From positions 22,876 to 86,875 of the forward strand of contig CAVOQF010000004.1 in assembly GCA_963698285.1 (NCBI GenBank): a DNA stretch of 64,000 nt, written 5' to 3'. The notes below the pieces were generated by a model, which saw nothing but the letters and a program-made list of their open reading frames with translations, did not search any database and was not told the origin of the DNA. Positions 53,766 through 64,000 of the stretch are shown here, piece by piece. The position numbers and the translations under genes are program-made. This stretch comes from an uncultured Actinomycetota bacterium (GTDB lineage: Bacteria; Actinomycetota; Actinomycetes; Actinomycetales; Micrococcaceae). How positions within the stretch are numbered: the stretch's first letter is position 1; every line of letters begins with the position of its first letter.

Positions 53766-53805
53766 GGCGGATCCTTCGTGGCTGTGGGGACCGTGCGGGC
53801 GGGCG

Positions 53806-55273
53806 CTACGCCGCGCCGGCGCGCTGGCCGGCGGGCGCGGGCTCGGAGTCGGGCTCGAATCCAGGTCCGACGGCGAGCTCAGCGTGCCGCGCACCGCCGT
53901 CGCCGCCGCCACGACGGGCGAGACGAGGTGGGTGCGGCCGCCCTTGCCCTGGCGTCCCTCGAAGTTGCGGTTGGACGTGGAGGCGCAGCGCTCCCCCACC
54001 TCCAGCTGGTCCGGGTTCATGCCCAGGCACATCGAGCAGCCGGCAAAGCGCCACTCGGCGCCGAAGTCCGTGAAGACCTTGTCCAGGCCCTCGGCCTCGG
54101 CCTCGAGCCGGACGCGGGCGGAGCCGGGCACCACCAGCATCCGGACGTTGGGGTCCTTGGTGCGGCCGCGGATGATGTCCGCGGCGGCCCGGAGGTCCTC
54201 CATCCGGGAGTTGGTGCAGGAGCCCAGGAACACGGTGTCGACCCGGATGTCCTTCATCGGCGTGCCGGCTTCGAGGCCCATGTACTGCAGCGCGCGTTCC
54301 GCGGCGGCCTTGGCGTTCTCGTCGCCGAAGTCCGCCGGCGAGGGCACCTTGGCGGACAGCGACACGCCCTGGCCCGGGTTGGTCCCCCACGTCACGAACG
54401 GTTCCAGGGTGTCGGCGTCGAGGTCCACCTCGGCGTCGAACGACGGCGTCGTCGTCGGTGCGCAGCGTGTTCCAGTACTCGACGGCGGCGTCCCAGTCCG
54501 CGCCCTGGGGCGCATGCGGGCGGCCGTGCATGTAGTCGTACGTGGTCTGGTCCGGGGCCACCAGCCCGGCGCGGGCGCCGGCCTCGATGGACATGTTGCA
54601 GATGGTCATCCGGGCTTCCATGGACAGCGCCCGGATGGCGGAGCCGCGGTACTCCAGGACGTAGCCCTGGCCGCCGCCGGTGCCGATCTTGGCGATCACG
54701 GCCAGGATGATGTCCTTGGCGCGTCACGCCGGGGCGCAGCGTGCCCTCAACATTGATGGCCATGGTCTTGAAGGGCTTCAGCGAGAGCGTCTGGGTGGCC
54801 ATGACGTGCTCCACCTCGGAGGTGCCGATGCCCATGGCGAGCGCCCCGAACGCGCCGTGCGTGGAGGTGTGCGAGTCGCCGCAGACCACGGTCATGCCGG
54901 GCTGGGTGAGGCCCAGCTGCGGGCCGACCACGTGCACGATCCCCTGCTCGGCGTCGCCGAGGGAGTGCAGGCGGACGCCGAATTCCTTGCAGTTGTTGCG
55001 CAGGGTCTCGATCTGGGTCCGGCTGGTGAGGTCGGCGATTGGCTTGTCGATGGCGAGCGTGGGAGTGTTGTGGTCCTCGGTGGCGATGGTGAGGTCCGGC
55101 CGGCGCAGCTTGCGGCCGGCGAGCCGCAGGCCCTCGAAAGCCTGCGGGGACGTCACCTCGTGCACCAGGTGCAGGTCGATGAAGAGGAGGTCCGGCTGGG
55201 CGTTGGCGCCTTCGCCGTCCCCCTTGCGCACCACGTGCGCGTCCCAGACTTTCTCGGCCAATGTCTTTGCCAC
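53806..55273 (-). CDS. leuC: 3-isopropylmalate dehydratase large subunit (three apparent frameshifts)
   Basis: 'HEVTSPQAF', '[10 protein letters not shown]', 'CNMSIE', 'GSCTN', 'CSMCLGMN', 'STSNRNF' across three frames. Confidence 0.95.
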
Positions 55274-55395
55274 GGCCTGCTCCCTTCACTGCTGTCTTCG
55301 CTGCGGGTGTGTCCGCGCCTGGTCCCGGACCCGGCGCGTTGATGTTCTCCACTGAACCAGCACCGCCGCCGAAAGCGCCAGCGCAATGATTTGCA

Positions 55396-55410
55396 TCTCA
55401 GATATTGAGA
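55396..55410. promoter_or_regulatory. 15-bp palindrome, candidate IclR (NdgR/LtbR) operator
   Basis: TCTCA-gatat-TGAGA between divergent leuC and the IclR gene. Confidence 0.6.
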
Positions 55411-55425
55411 CGGCAATATCATTAC

Positions 55426-56145
55426 ATGGACAATTCTAGTGGCGTCGGCGTCATCGATAAAGCGGCCCATGTGCTGGACGCACTTGAGGCCGGCCCCACC
55501 ACCCTGGCGCAGCTCGTGGCCGCCACCGGGCTCGCCCGGCCCACGGTCCACCGCCTCGCACTGGCCCTCGTCCACCACCGCCTCGTCAGCCGCGACATCC
55601 AGGGCCGCTTCGTGCTCGGCAGCCGCCTGGTCGAGCTCGCCTCGGCCGCCGGCGAGGACCGGCTCATCGCCACCGCCGGCCCGGTCCTGATGCAACTGCG
55701 CGACGCCACCGGCGAAAGCGCCCAGATCTTCCGCCGCCAGGGCGAATGGCGCGTCTGCGTCGCCTCCGCCGAGCGGCCCATCGGCCTCCGGGACACCATC
55801 CCGGTCGGCACCCAGCTGTCCATGAAGGCCGGCTCCGCCGCCCAGGTGCTGCTGGCCTGGGAGGACCATGACCGCCTGCTGGAGGGCCTCCAGGCCGCCC
55901 GCTTCACGCCCACCGTCCTGGCCGGGGTACGACGCCGGGGCTGGGCCCAGAGCCTCGGCGAGCGCGAGCCCGGGGTCGCCTCCGTGTCGGCACCCGTCCG
56001 CGGACCCTCCGGCCGGGTGATCGCCGCCGTCTCCATCTCCGGCCCGATCGAACGCCTGACCCGCCAGCCCGGCCGCCTGCACGCCGAAGTGGTCTGCAAT
56101 GCCGCGCGCGTCCTGACCGAGGCGCTGCGCAAGACCAACGACTGA
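55426..56145 (+). CDS. ndgR: IclR family regulator (NdgR/LtbR ortholog)
   Basis: 'MDNSSGVGVIDKA..ARPTVHRLA..LRDATGESAQ..GEREPGVASVSAPV'; divergent from leuCD. Confidence 0.88.
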   Translation: MDNSSGVGVIDKAAHVLDALEAGPTTLAQLVAATGLARPTVHRLALALVHHRLVSRDIQGRFVLGSRLVELASAAGEDRLIATAGPVLMQLRDATGESAQIFRRQGEWRVCVASAERPIGLRDTIPVGTQLSMKAGSAAQVLLAWEDHDRLLEGLQAARFTPTVLAGVRRRGWAQSLGEREPGVASVSAPVRGPSGRVIAAVSISGPIERLTRQPGRLHAEVVCNAARVLTEALRKTND

Positions 56146-56184
56146 CGCCCGCTGATTCTCCCAAGGCACCGCTAGGCTGTGGCC

Positions 56185-56730
56185 ATGAACAGCTATGCGG
56201 TCTTCCTGCGCGGCGTCAACGTGGGCGGCATCAACATCAAGATGGCCGAGCTAAGAGCCGCCCTCGCGTCACGCCCGTTTTCAGCCGTGGCCACGCTGCT
56301 GGCCAGCGGCAACGTAGTGCTGGCCAGCGAACTTCCGGCCGCCGACGTGAAGGCCGAGTTCGAGGCCTGCCTGCGGGAAACCTTCGGCTACGACGCCTGG
56401 GTGGTGGTGCTCACCGACACCCAAGTGGCGGCACTGGTCGAGGCCTGCCCCTACCCCGCGGACGACGCGGCCACCCACAGCTACGTCACCCTGTCCTCGG
56501 ATCCCGCGCTGCTCGCCGAGCTCTACGACGCCGGCAGGGCCCTGGACGGGGTGGAGCTGACCCGCCTGGGTCCGGAAGCCGTGGCCTGGCTGGCTCCTGC
56601 CGGCGGCACCCTCGACAGCCCGTTCAGCAAGCTCTCCGCCAAGGCGCGCTACAAGTCCAGCACCACCACCCGGAACCTGCGGACCCTGGTCAAGGTCCGC
56701 GACGCCGCCGTGCAGCTCGGCGCAGGCTAG
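56185..56730 (+). CDS. DUF1697 family protein
   Basis: 'FLRGVNVGG..MAELR..TLLASGNV..TTRNLRT'. Confidence 0.88.
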   Translation: MNSYAVFLRGVNVGGINIKMAELRAALASRPFSAVATLLASGNVVLASELPAADVKAEFEACLRETFGYDAWVVVLTDTQVAALVEACPYPADDAATHSYVTLSSDPALLAELYDAGRALDGVELTRLGPEAVAWLAPAGGTLDSPFSKLSAKARYKSSTTTRNLRTLVKVRDAAVQLGAG

Positions 56731-56764
56731 GCGCCCGCGCGCAGGCCCGGGCCGGTCAGCCCGG

Positions 56765-58383
56765 TCAGCCCGCGGCGGACTTCAGCGCGGCGTTGAAGGA
56801 TGCGAGCCGGCTGATCTCCAGTTCCACCGGGTCCACCACCAGTTCCTCCGCGACGGCGGCGACGGCGGCTTCGAGGCGCCTCCGGGCAGCCCGGGCACGC
56901 GCACGCGCCGCGGCGCCGGCAATGAACCGCGCCGCGAGGGCCAGCACGATGCCCAGCAGCACTCCCCCGGCCACCAGGACGGTCGGGACCGGCCAGCCCT
57001 CCACCCGCGGAACCTCCGGCACGGGAAGCTGGAAGTACCCCAGCGCGGCCAGCACACCCAGCCAGCCCAGGCCGCCGAGCGCAGTGAGCAGGCCCAGCCA
57101 CTGGACCACATTGAAGGCCGTCCACCACCAGGAGCTGCGCCCGGCCTTGAGATCGGTGCCGGCAATCGCCTGGTCAAGGGCGTCGGGAAGTTGCTCGCGG
57201 CCTTCCCGGGCGGCTCCGCGGATGACCGCGCGCCAGGGGCCGGGCGCGCCGTCGGACGCGGCGTCGGCAAACTGCCGCACGGCGGCGTCGGTGCGCGCGC
57301 GTTCCGGCGCTCCTGCCGGCGGCAGCGAGGTCCGGTTCAGTTCCGGCCGCTCCCCCTCCCGGCGCAGGTTCAGCCGGCGCAGCGGGTCGGGCCGGAACCG
57401 GACGAGCCAGCGGGTGACCGGCCAGCCGGTGCGGCGGGTGGCTTCCTGCCGGTAGGAGCGCGCCACGGCGTCGACCACCAGCGGCACGTTCGCCGCCACG
57501 GCCAGCTCCCCGGCCAGCCGGTCCCGGGTGCCGGACTTGACGCCGGTGGCCTCCCCCGCGCCCGGACGCCTCGGCAAGCACGCGCCGCGGCCCGGTCGAC
57601 GTCCGCCGCGAGCCGCTGCGAGAGCGCCATCCGCTGCATGGCGACCTGCCGGATGGCGGCGCGGACCTTGTCCACGCCGGTGCCGACGACGGCGGAGGCG
57701 CCGAGCACCTGGACCTTGCCGAGCCCGTCCCGCGCCAGGATGGCCTTGAGGGACTCCAGCACCGGGCGGATCTCGTGCTCCGGGAGCCGGTCCACCTGGT
57801 TGAGCACCACGAGCGTCACGGCGGCGTGCGAGGCGAGCGGGGCCAGGAAGTCATTGTGCACCGCGGCGTCGGCGTACTTCTGCGGGTCGAGCACCCAGAC
57901 CAGCACGTCCACGAGCCCCACCATGCGCTGCACGATCTCCCGGTTTTCGGCGCGGGTCGAATCGAAGTCCGGCAGGTCGAGCAGGATCAGCCCGGTGGTG
58001 TCGTCGGCGAAGCCCGGCACCGCGGCGGCGTGGTGCCGGCTGCTGACCTCCAGCCAGTCCAGCAGCGCGTCACTGCCCTCGGCACCCCAGACGCCGGCCA
58101 GGGGCTCGGAGGTGGTGGGGCGCCGCGCGGCCGCCGTGGCGATTTCCGCCCCGCTGACGGCGTTGAAAAGCGATGATTTACCGCTTCCGGTTGCGCCGAA
58201 GAACCCCACCACGGTGTGGTCCGCCGAGAGGGAGCGCCGCGTACTCGCCCGCTCCAGGACGCGGAGCACCTCGTCCAGGGTCTCGTCGGGCAGGGCACCC
58301 GATGCCAGTTCCCGTGCCTCGTTCAGGGCTTCCAGCCGGCGGTGCAGTTGCGAGGCTTCCCGGGAGGCGCCGTGGCGGCTCAT
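56765..58383 (-). CDS. Dynamin-like/Era-type GTPase with C-terminal TM hairpin (one frameshift ~57580)
   Basis: 'GATGSGKSS', 'RRPTT', 'DLPDFDS', 'DPQKYAD', 'LNQVD'; two TM segments in ORF 56765..57577. Confidence 0.85.
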
Positions 58384-60161
58384 GCCGCGGCCGCCAGCCG
58401 GCCGAGGGCCTCGGCCTGCCCGGCGAGGGCGGCCGGCGGTACCCCGTCTGCCACGTCGAGCCGGGCCAGGAAGCGTTGGCTTTCCGCCTGCAGCAGCCGC
58501 TGGCAGCGGGCCTGGAGGTCGTCACGGGCGGTCTTGGCGAGGCGGCGCACGGCATCTTCGCCGAAAACGGCTTCGAGCACGCGCTGGCCGACGACGGCGG
58601 TGCCGCCGGCCACGCCGATCTCCAGGCCGGTCAGGCCGGCGGTCATCGAGAAGACCACGATCATCAGCGCGGCACCGAGGCCGTTGATGCCAAAGGAGAG
58701 CCAGCGGGCCTGGCTGCGTTTGCCCTGGCCTTCGGTCCGGATCAGCTCCATCAGGCTGCCCTGCCACGCCCGGATTTCGGCGGCCACGGCGTCGGCGAAG
58801 CCCTCGCTGGTGCCGGAAAGATCGTCGGTGCCGAGCAGCTGCCGGCCGGCCGGGTCGGAGCGCCAGCGCTGGTCGGCCTCCTCCGCGGCGTTGGCGGCCT
58901 CATCGACGATAACCGCCTGCAGGCCGGACTCGATCGCGGTCTCCACCCGCACGGCCGGGGTGGGTTCGCCCCGGAAGAAGGCACCCATCCGGTCCCGCAG
59001 CCGTCCGATGTTCTGCTCCATGGCCCGGAAGAACTCCCCGGTGCCGACGAAGTCCTGCCAGCGTGCCAGCACCTCGCCGCGGAGCAGGGCGCCGTCGCGG
59101 GTGGCGTCCAGGATCCGGTCCACGGCGTCCTCGTAGGCGCCGCTGGCGTCCTTGGCCAGCTGGTCGGCCGCGCGGTGCTGGGCCGCCACGGCCTCCGCCA
59201 CGGCGCCCACCCGCCCGCCCAGGGCCTTGACCGTGCCGTTGAGAGTCCGTCGGGCAATTGCCGCGCGGCCGGCGGCGTCGGCGGCGAGTTCCTGCAGCCA
59301 GCTCCGCAACGGAGCCACGGCGTCGGCGGGCAGCATCCCCATCGCATCCAGCGCCACCTCGGGAACCACAAAAAGCCGGGCGGAGCCCAGGCCCTCCCGG
59401 CTGAGCATGGAGCGGAGATCCGCGCTGACCTCTTCTTCGGCGGCCGGCGGCACCCGGTCCAGCACCACGGCGACCATGATGTCGCGCGAGGCGGCGTCCA
59501 GCAGCAGGCGCCAGGGCACGGCGTCGGCGTAGCGGTTGGCGGTGGTGACGAAGACCCACAAGTCGGCCGCGGCGAGGAGCTGGCCCGCGAGCCTGCGGTT
59601 GTCATCGGAGATGGAGTCGACGTCGGGGGCGTCCAGCAGCGCAATGCCCGGCGGCACGGCCGGGTCGGCGGCGAGCACCAGGGAGGTGATGGCGGCGGCG
59701 TCCGGGGTGGGTCCGGCCTGGTTGGCCGGCAGCGGCGCGGCGACCACGGTTCCGCGGATCCGGCTCAGGCTCGGCAGCACCCGCTGGTCCTCGAACCAGG
59801 CCGCGTCGGCGGGGTGGTGCAGCAGGATGGGCTGCCGGGTGGTGGGGCGGATTGCCCCGGCCCGGGTCACGGCGTGGCCCACCAGGCCGTTGACGAGGGT
59901 GGATTTGCCGGCACCGGTGGATCCGCCGACGACGGCGAGCAGCGGGGCGTCGAGGCTGCGGTAGCGGGGCAGGATGTAGTCGTCCAGCTGGGCCAGGGCC
60001 TGGCGGATGTCGAGCCGCGCGGTGTCCGCGCCGGGCAGGGCCAGCGGCAGCGAGACCGCCGACAGCTCCCGCCGCACGGCTTCGAGCAGATCGACGGCGG
60101 CGCCCTGGCGTGCGGCGGGTGACTGTTGTCCGGTCGGGCCGGTGCTCTCCATGGAACTCAC
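58380..60161 (-). CDS. Dynamin-family GTPase
   Basis: 'GSTGAGKST', 'IRPTT', 'DAPDVDS', helical body, C-terminal hydrophobic hairpin; stop overlaps next gene's ATG. Confidence 0.85.
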   Translation of the reverse strand: MSSMESTGPTGQQSPAARQGAAVDLLEAVRRELSAVSLPLALPGADTARLDIRQALAQLDDYILPRYRSLDAPLLAVVGGSTGAGKSTLVNGLVGHAVTRAGAIRPTTRQPILLHHPADAAWFEDQRVLPSLSRIRGTVVAAPLPANQAGPTPDAAAITSLVLAADPAVPPGIALLDAPDVDSISDDNRRLAGQLLAAADLWVFVTTANRYADAVPWRLLLDAASRDIMVAVVLDRVPPAAEEEVSADLRSMLSREGLGSARLFVVPEVALDAMGMLPADAVAPLRSWLQELAADAAGRAAIARRTLNGTVKALGGRVGAVAEAVAAQHRAADQLAKDASGAYEDAVDRILDATRDGALLRGEVLARWQDFVGTGEFFRAMEQNIGRLRDRMGAFFRGEPTPAVRVETAIESGLQAVIVDEAANAAEEADQRWRSDPAGRQLLGTDDLSGTSEGFADAVAAEIRAWQGSLMELIRTEGQGKRSQARWLSFGINGLGAALMIVVFSMTAGLTGLEIGVAGGTAVVGQRVLEAVFGEDAVRRLAKTARDDLQARCQRLLQAESQRFLARLDVADGVPPAALAGQAEALGRLAAAA

Positions 60162-60245
60162 AGCATCATCATGCCAGTTGGACCGGCCGGCGCCCGAGTT
60201 TCAGCGGCCAACGCGGGGTGGCCGTGGGCCGGAACCGGGGTCCGG

Positions 60246-60289
60246 AAACGAAAAACGGCCCCGGGCTGATGCCCGGGACCGTCTCGTTT
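60246..60289 (-). terminator. Terminator after tRNA-Glu
   Basis: Stem acggtcccgggc/gcccggggccgt followed by ttttcgttt on the minus strand. Confidence 0.7.
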
Positions 60290-60290
60290 G

Positions 60291-60363
60291 TGACCCCAGC
60301 GGGATTCGAACCCGCGTTACCGCCGTGAGAGGGCAGCGTACTAGGCCGCTATACGATGGGGCC
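60291..60363 (-). tRNA. tRNA-Glu (CTC)
   Basis: GGCCCCA/TGGGGTC acceptor stem, anticodon arm CTGCC-CT-CTC-AC-GGCGG, GGTTCGAATCC T-arm; CCA not encoded. Confidence 0.97.
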
Positions 60364-60494
60364 CTGCACTTTCCAAACAGCATTTCTGCCATTTCAAGCT
60401 CAGTGATTGTTTCACACACTCAGCCTGCGTTCCAAATCGGCCTGGCCGCTTCGGAACCCCTGATCTGCCGCGGAAATCCGCGGTTTCTTCAGAG

Positions 60495-60566
60495 CTGGGA
60501 TACCAGGACTCGAACCTAGAATGACGGTACCAGAAACCGTAGTGTTGCCAATTACACCATATCCCA
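60495..60566 (-). tRNA. tRNA-Gln (CTG)
   Basis: TGGGATA/TATCCCA acceptor stem, anticodon arm ACGGT-TT-CTG-GT-ACCGT, GGTTCGAGTCC T-arm. Confidence 0.97.
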
Positions 60567-60917
60567 ATGGAACTTTCGGGCCGGTTCCGCAGGTCCAAAC
60601 CCGCGCTCCCAGCGCCTCAGCACGAGTAATTACTTTACCCGAGACTTTTGCCGGGCACAAATCGGGCCCTTCCCGCCCGCCACTCCGGCCCCACGGCAGC
60701 ACGCCAGGCCGCCGCTTTTCCGGGCCTCGTCCGCAAAAATCCTTGCCAATCCGGCCCCATCTAAGTTTACGCTCGGTAAGTTACCAACGAGTAACAACCC
60801 CCTCCCCCACTCAGTTGCGGGCAGAATAACGGACATTTTTTGGATGTTAGCTGCATCACAATTGCGGGGGGCCGGCAGCAGAGCCGTTGCCGGCGAGATC
60901 GTCGAGAGGAACAACCC

Positions 60918-62306
60918 GTGTCACAGAGTCGTGCCGCCACCGCCCCGCTCCGCACCCGGGCGCAACAGATCGCCATCGCCGTCCTGGCGTTGTTGCTGAT
61001 CGCGCTGCTGGGGTTCTACACCCTGGTCACCGGACGGATCACGGACGGATCCGCCAAGCTCAACGACGGCGCCGGCCAGGCCGCTGCCGGCGCCCAGCAG
61101 CTGAAGGAGGGCGCGGGCAAGCTCGCCACCGGCGCGGGCCAGGCCGACACCGGAGCGGGCAAACTCTCGGAAGGGGCCGATAAGATCCACGCCGGAATCG
61201 CCGGCAAGCTTGCCCCTGGCGCGGACAAGCTCCAGTCGGGCGCCGCCCAGCTCGCCTCGGGCGCGGTAAAGATCGAGGCGGACGTCAACAACAAACTGGC
61301 CCCCGGCGTCTACAAGGTCGATGACGGCGCCCGGAAACTGGCCGCCGGGGCCGTGCAGCTCTCCGCCGCGCTGACCCCCACCGCCGCGGGCAACGCCGAA
61401 AACAACCTGGCCGACGGCGCCACGCAGCTCAACGCCGGTGCGGCCCGGCTGGCCGAGGGAACCGGCCAGCTGGCGGCCGGCACGAACCAGCTCAAGGGCT
61501 ACCGCGGGGCGAACAATGACCCGGCAGCCGGAACCGGCACGGCGGCCCTCGCCCAGGCCCTGGAACAGCTGTACGCGGCAGCCAACCATCCCCTCCAGGG
61601 GGCCGTCCCGCTGGCCGCGGTCAAGGACAAGATCGCCAAGATCCTGGCCGGCGCCCAGAAACTCGATGCGGGCGCCACCCAGCTTCAGGCCGGAGCCGTC
61701 CGGCTCAACGACGGGGCCGGCCAGCTCCACGCCGGCACCGGCAGGCTCACGGCCGGATTCGCCACCCTGGCCGGCAAGCTCAACAGCCGCGACCCCAACA
61801 GCCCGGGCGTGGTGATGGGCACCGAGTTGCTGGCCGACGGCACCGCCAAGATCCGCGTCGGCATGGACGGGGTTCCGGGAGATCCGGCGCGCCCCGGCCT
61901 GCTCAAGGCCACCGCCAGGATCACCGAGGGCAGCTCGCGGCTCGCCGACGGCACGAAGGCCCTGAATGCCGGCATCAAGGGCGATCCCGCCGATCCGGCC
62001 AACCCGGGCCTGCTGAACGGTTCGATGGCCCTGGCGTCCGGTGCGTCGCAACTCTCGGCGGGCAACACCAAGCTGGCCTCCGGCTCCACGCAGCTGTCCA
62101 CCGGCGCCGAGAAACTGGCAGACGGCAACGCCAAAATCGCCGCGGGCACCGGAACGCTGTATTCCAGCGCCGCGGCAGTTTCGCCGTCGAACATGATCAA
62201 GGCCGACGTCGCCCTGGCCCTTGGCCTCGTGGCACTCCTGGGCCTCGGCGCCGTCGGGGCATACCTGGCCCTGCGGAACCGGCGGCGGGCAGTGGAAACG
62301 GCCTAG
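60918..62306 (+). CDS. Membrane-anchored X-X-X-Leu-X-X-Gly heptad-repeat protein (YhgE/Pip-like repeats)
   Basis: N-terminal TM, many 'GAxxLxxG' heptads, C-terminal TM plus 'RNRRR'; GAGG SD before GTG 60918. Confidence 0.85.
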   Translation: MSQSRAATAPLRTRAQQIAIAVLALLLIALLGFYTLVTGRITDGSAKLNDGAGQAAAGAQQLKEGAGKLATGAGQADTGAGKLSEGADKIHAGIAGKLAPGADKLQSGAAQLASGAVKIEADVNNKLAPGVYKVDDGARKLAAGAVQLSAALTPTAAGNAENNLADGATQLNAGAARLAEGTGQLAAGTNQLKGYRGANNDPAAGTGTAALAQALEQLYAAANHPLQGAVPLAAVKDKIAKILAGAQKLDAGATQLQAGAVRLNDGAGQLHAGTGRLTAGFATLAGKLNSRDPNSPGVVMGTELLADGTAKIRVGMDGVPGDPARPGLLKATARITEGSSRLADGTKALNAGIKGDPADPANPGLLNGSMALASGASQLSAGNTKLASGSTQLSTGAEKLADGNAKIAAGTGTLYSSAAAVSPSNMIKADVALALGLVALLGLGAVGAYLALRNRRRAVETA

Positions 62307-62318
62307 CCCGTCACGGCC

Positions 62319-62364
62319 GGCGGCCCCGCCGGAGGATGGATTTCCTCCGGCGGGGCCGCCTTTC
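62319..62364. terminator. Hairpin between convergent genes
   Basis: ggcggccccgccggagga-tggatt-tcctccggcggggccgcc-ttt. Confidence 0.7.
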
Positions 62365-62393
62365 GTTGGTGCCGCCGGGCGTAGGGTCGGGCG

Positions 62394-63125
62394 TCAGGCC
62401 AGCAGCTCCAGCAGTGAGGCGACCTCGCGGCCGGCGAAGCCCGGCGCCGGCTCGCCGGCGCGGTTCAGCCACACGCCCAGCAGCCCCGCCGCCGTCGAGC
62501 CCTCCGCGTCGAGCAGCCGGTTGTCCCCGACGTACAGCGTTTCGCCGGGACCGGTGCCGAGCCGGCGCACGCCTTCGAGGTAGATCGCCGGGTCCGGTTT
62601 GGGCACGCCGATCGTGTCCGTGCCGACGAGGACGCCGATGCGGCCCAGGCCCGCGGCGTCGAGCTTGACCCGCTGGTAGTCGTGCACATTGTTGCTGACC
62701 GCGCCGTAGGGAACGCCGGCGGCGTCCAGGGCGTCCAGCAGCGGTGCCACGTCGTCGAAGGCGCGGATGTAGCTGTGCTGGAGGCTGGCGTAGGAGCTGA
62801 CCCAGTGGTGGGCCTGTTCGCCCTCCTCGAGTTCAACGCCGAAGTGACCCAGCGCGGCCCGGCCGCGGAGCAGGCGTTGTTCGTTGAAGCTCAGTTCGCC
62901 GGCCAGGTAGCGGTCGTAATAGTGGGTCGTTTCGCGGGTGAAGATCCGCCCGAACCGCTCCCAGCCGGCCTCGTCGAGGCCGGGCAGGAGATGCTCGCTG
63001 ACGCCGCGCAGCGCCGACGTCATCGCGAACTCGAGGTCCACCAGGGTGTCGTCGATGTCGAACAGCACCCCGCGGACGCCGTCGAGCCCGGCGGCGAGCA
63101 CTCCGGAGCCGGGCCCGCCGGTCAT
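62394..63125 (-). CDS. HAD-superfamily hydrolase
   Basis: 'FDIDDTL', 'VSN', 'KPDPAIY', 'YVGDNRLLD'; ATG overlaps the gltX stop. Confidence 0.92.
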   Translation of the reverse strand: MTGGPGSGVLAAGLDGVRGVLFDIDDTLVDLEFAMTSALRGVSEHLLPGLDEAGWERFGRIFTRETTHYYDRYLAGELSFNEQRLLRGRAALGHFGVELEEGEQAHHWVSSYASLQHSYIRAFDDVAPLLDALDAAGVPYGAVSNNVHDYQRVKLDAAGLGRIGVLVGTDTIGVPKPDPAIYLEGVRRLGTGPGETLYVGDNRLLDAEGSTAAGLLGVWLNRAGEPAPGFAGREVASLLELLA

Positions 63126-64000
63126 CAGCCGCGGAAGGCGCGCAGGCGGGCCAGGGACGAGTCCTTGCCGAGGATGACCATGGACTCGAACAGCGGCGGG
63201 GAGATCCGGCGGCCGGAGACGGCCGTGCGGACGGGGCCGAACGCCAGGCGCGGCTTGACGCCGAGGCCTTCGACGAGGGCCTCCTTCAGCGCGGCCTGGA
63301 TGTTTTCCGCGGTCCACTCGGCGACGGGTTCGAGGGCCGCCAGGGCGGCGTCGAGGACCTCGGTAAGGTTCTCCGGCAGTCCCTTGCGGGCGTCGTCGGC
63401 GACGTCGATCGCGTCGTCGGCCTTGAACAGGAACGCGAGCATTTCGGGGGCCTCGCCCAGCAGGGAGATGCGCTCCTGGATCAGCGGGGCGGCCTCGGCG
63501 AGGATCTCTTCCTCGCGGGCGGTGAGGGTCTCACCGACGAGGCCGGCGGCCTGCAGGTAGGGAACCAGTCGGCCGCGGAAGTCCTCCGGGGCCAGCATGC
63601 GGATGTGGGTGCCGTTGATGGCTTCGGCCTTCTTGATGTCGAAGCGGGCCGGGTTGGCCAGCACGTCGTTGACGTCGAAGTGCTCGATCAGCTGCTCCAC
63701 GGTGAAGATGTCCTCGTCGGCGGAGAGGCTCCAGCCGAGCAGCGACAGGTAGTTCAGCAGGCCCTCGGGGATGAAGCCGCGGTCCCGGAGCAGGAAGAGG
63801 TTGGACTGCGGGTCGCGCTTGGAGAGCTTCTTGTTGCCCTCGCCCATGACGTACGGCAGGTGGCCGAACACCGGCAGGTAGCTGGCGACGCCGATGTCCA
63901 TCAGCGCGCGGATCAACACCACCTGGCGGGGCGTGGAGGACAGCAGGTCCTCGCCGCGCAGCACGTGGGTGATGCCCATCAGCGCGTCGTCGACCGGGTT
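63125..64000 (-). CDS. gltX: Glutamate-tRNA ligase, 3' part
   Basis: '[11 protein letters not shown]', 'KLSKR' motif, 'SPPLFESM'. Confidence 0.97.
   Translation of the reverse strand, partial: NPVDDALMGITHVLRGEDLLSSTPRQVVLIRALMDIGVASYLPVFGHLPYVMGEGNKKLSKRDPQSNLFLLRDRGFIPEGLLNYLSLLGWSLSADEDIFTVEQLIEHFDVNDVLANPARFDIKKAEAINGTHIRMLAPEDFRGRLVPYLQAAGLVGETLTAREEEILAEAAPLIQERISLLGEAPEMLAFLFKADDAIDVADDARKGLPENLTEVLDAALAALEPVAEWTAENIQAALKEALVEGLGVKPRLAFGPVRTAVSGRRISPPLFESMVILGKDSSLARLRAFRG

Noticed and set aside
53163-54515. LeuC-LeuD fusion ORF
   Set aside because: Caused by an indel near the leuC 3' end; a plausible leuC stop (53806) and a leuD ATG with an SD (53765) are present
60170-60600. tRNA-anchored genomic island
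   Set aside because: No integrase, no duplicated tRNA 3' end, and no compositional shift in the flanks

Overview
The window is a concatenation of at least three unrelated high-GC sources. (1) 1-~6960 is a heavily frameshifted myxobacterial/deltaproteobacterial-type block: fabD-fabG-acpP-fabF-rpiB-glyA-nrdR-ribD, then a PG-binding/NlpC-P60-like gene cut at a junction. (2) ~6962-~8825 is an alphaproteobacterial-type murB 3' part plus a convergent luciferase-like monooxygenase. (3) ~8826-64000 is an Arthrobacter/Pseudarthrobacter-type core region: lepB-rplS-trmD-rimM-khpA-rpsP, ffh, zwf, amtB-glnK, ftsY, smc, mutM, rnc, rpmF, yceD, coaD, rsmD, recG, thiL, rml genes, ddl, gpsA, murA, leuCD/ndgR, paired dynamin-like GTPases, tRNA-Glu, tRNA-Gln, gltX. 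Taxonomic assignments rest on gene order and protein style, not on a database search. Single-base frameshifts in essential genes look like long-read errors. The best leads are: a DUF222/HNH (13E12-type) endonuclease gene preceded by in-frame 159-bp tandem copies of its own promoter and 5' end, sitting where the 5' half of tspO is missing; a ~30-bp-period array of GGRCATGYCC palindromes; an apparent AUU start for yceD overlapped by a 7-codon uORF; and a candidate pseudoknotted rplS leader. No CRISPR-Cas, rRNA, integrase or transposase was seen.
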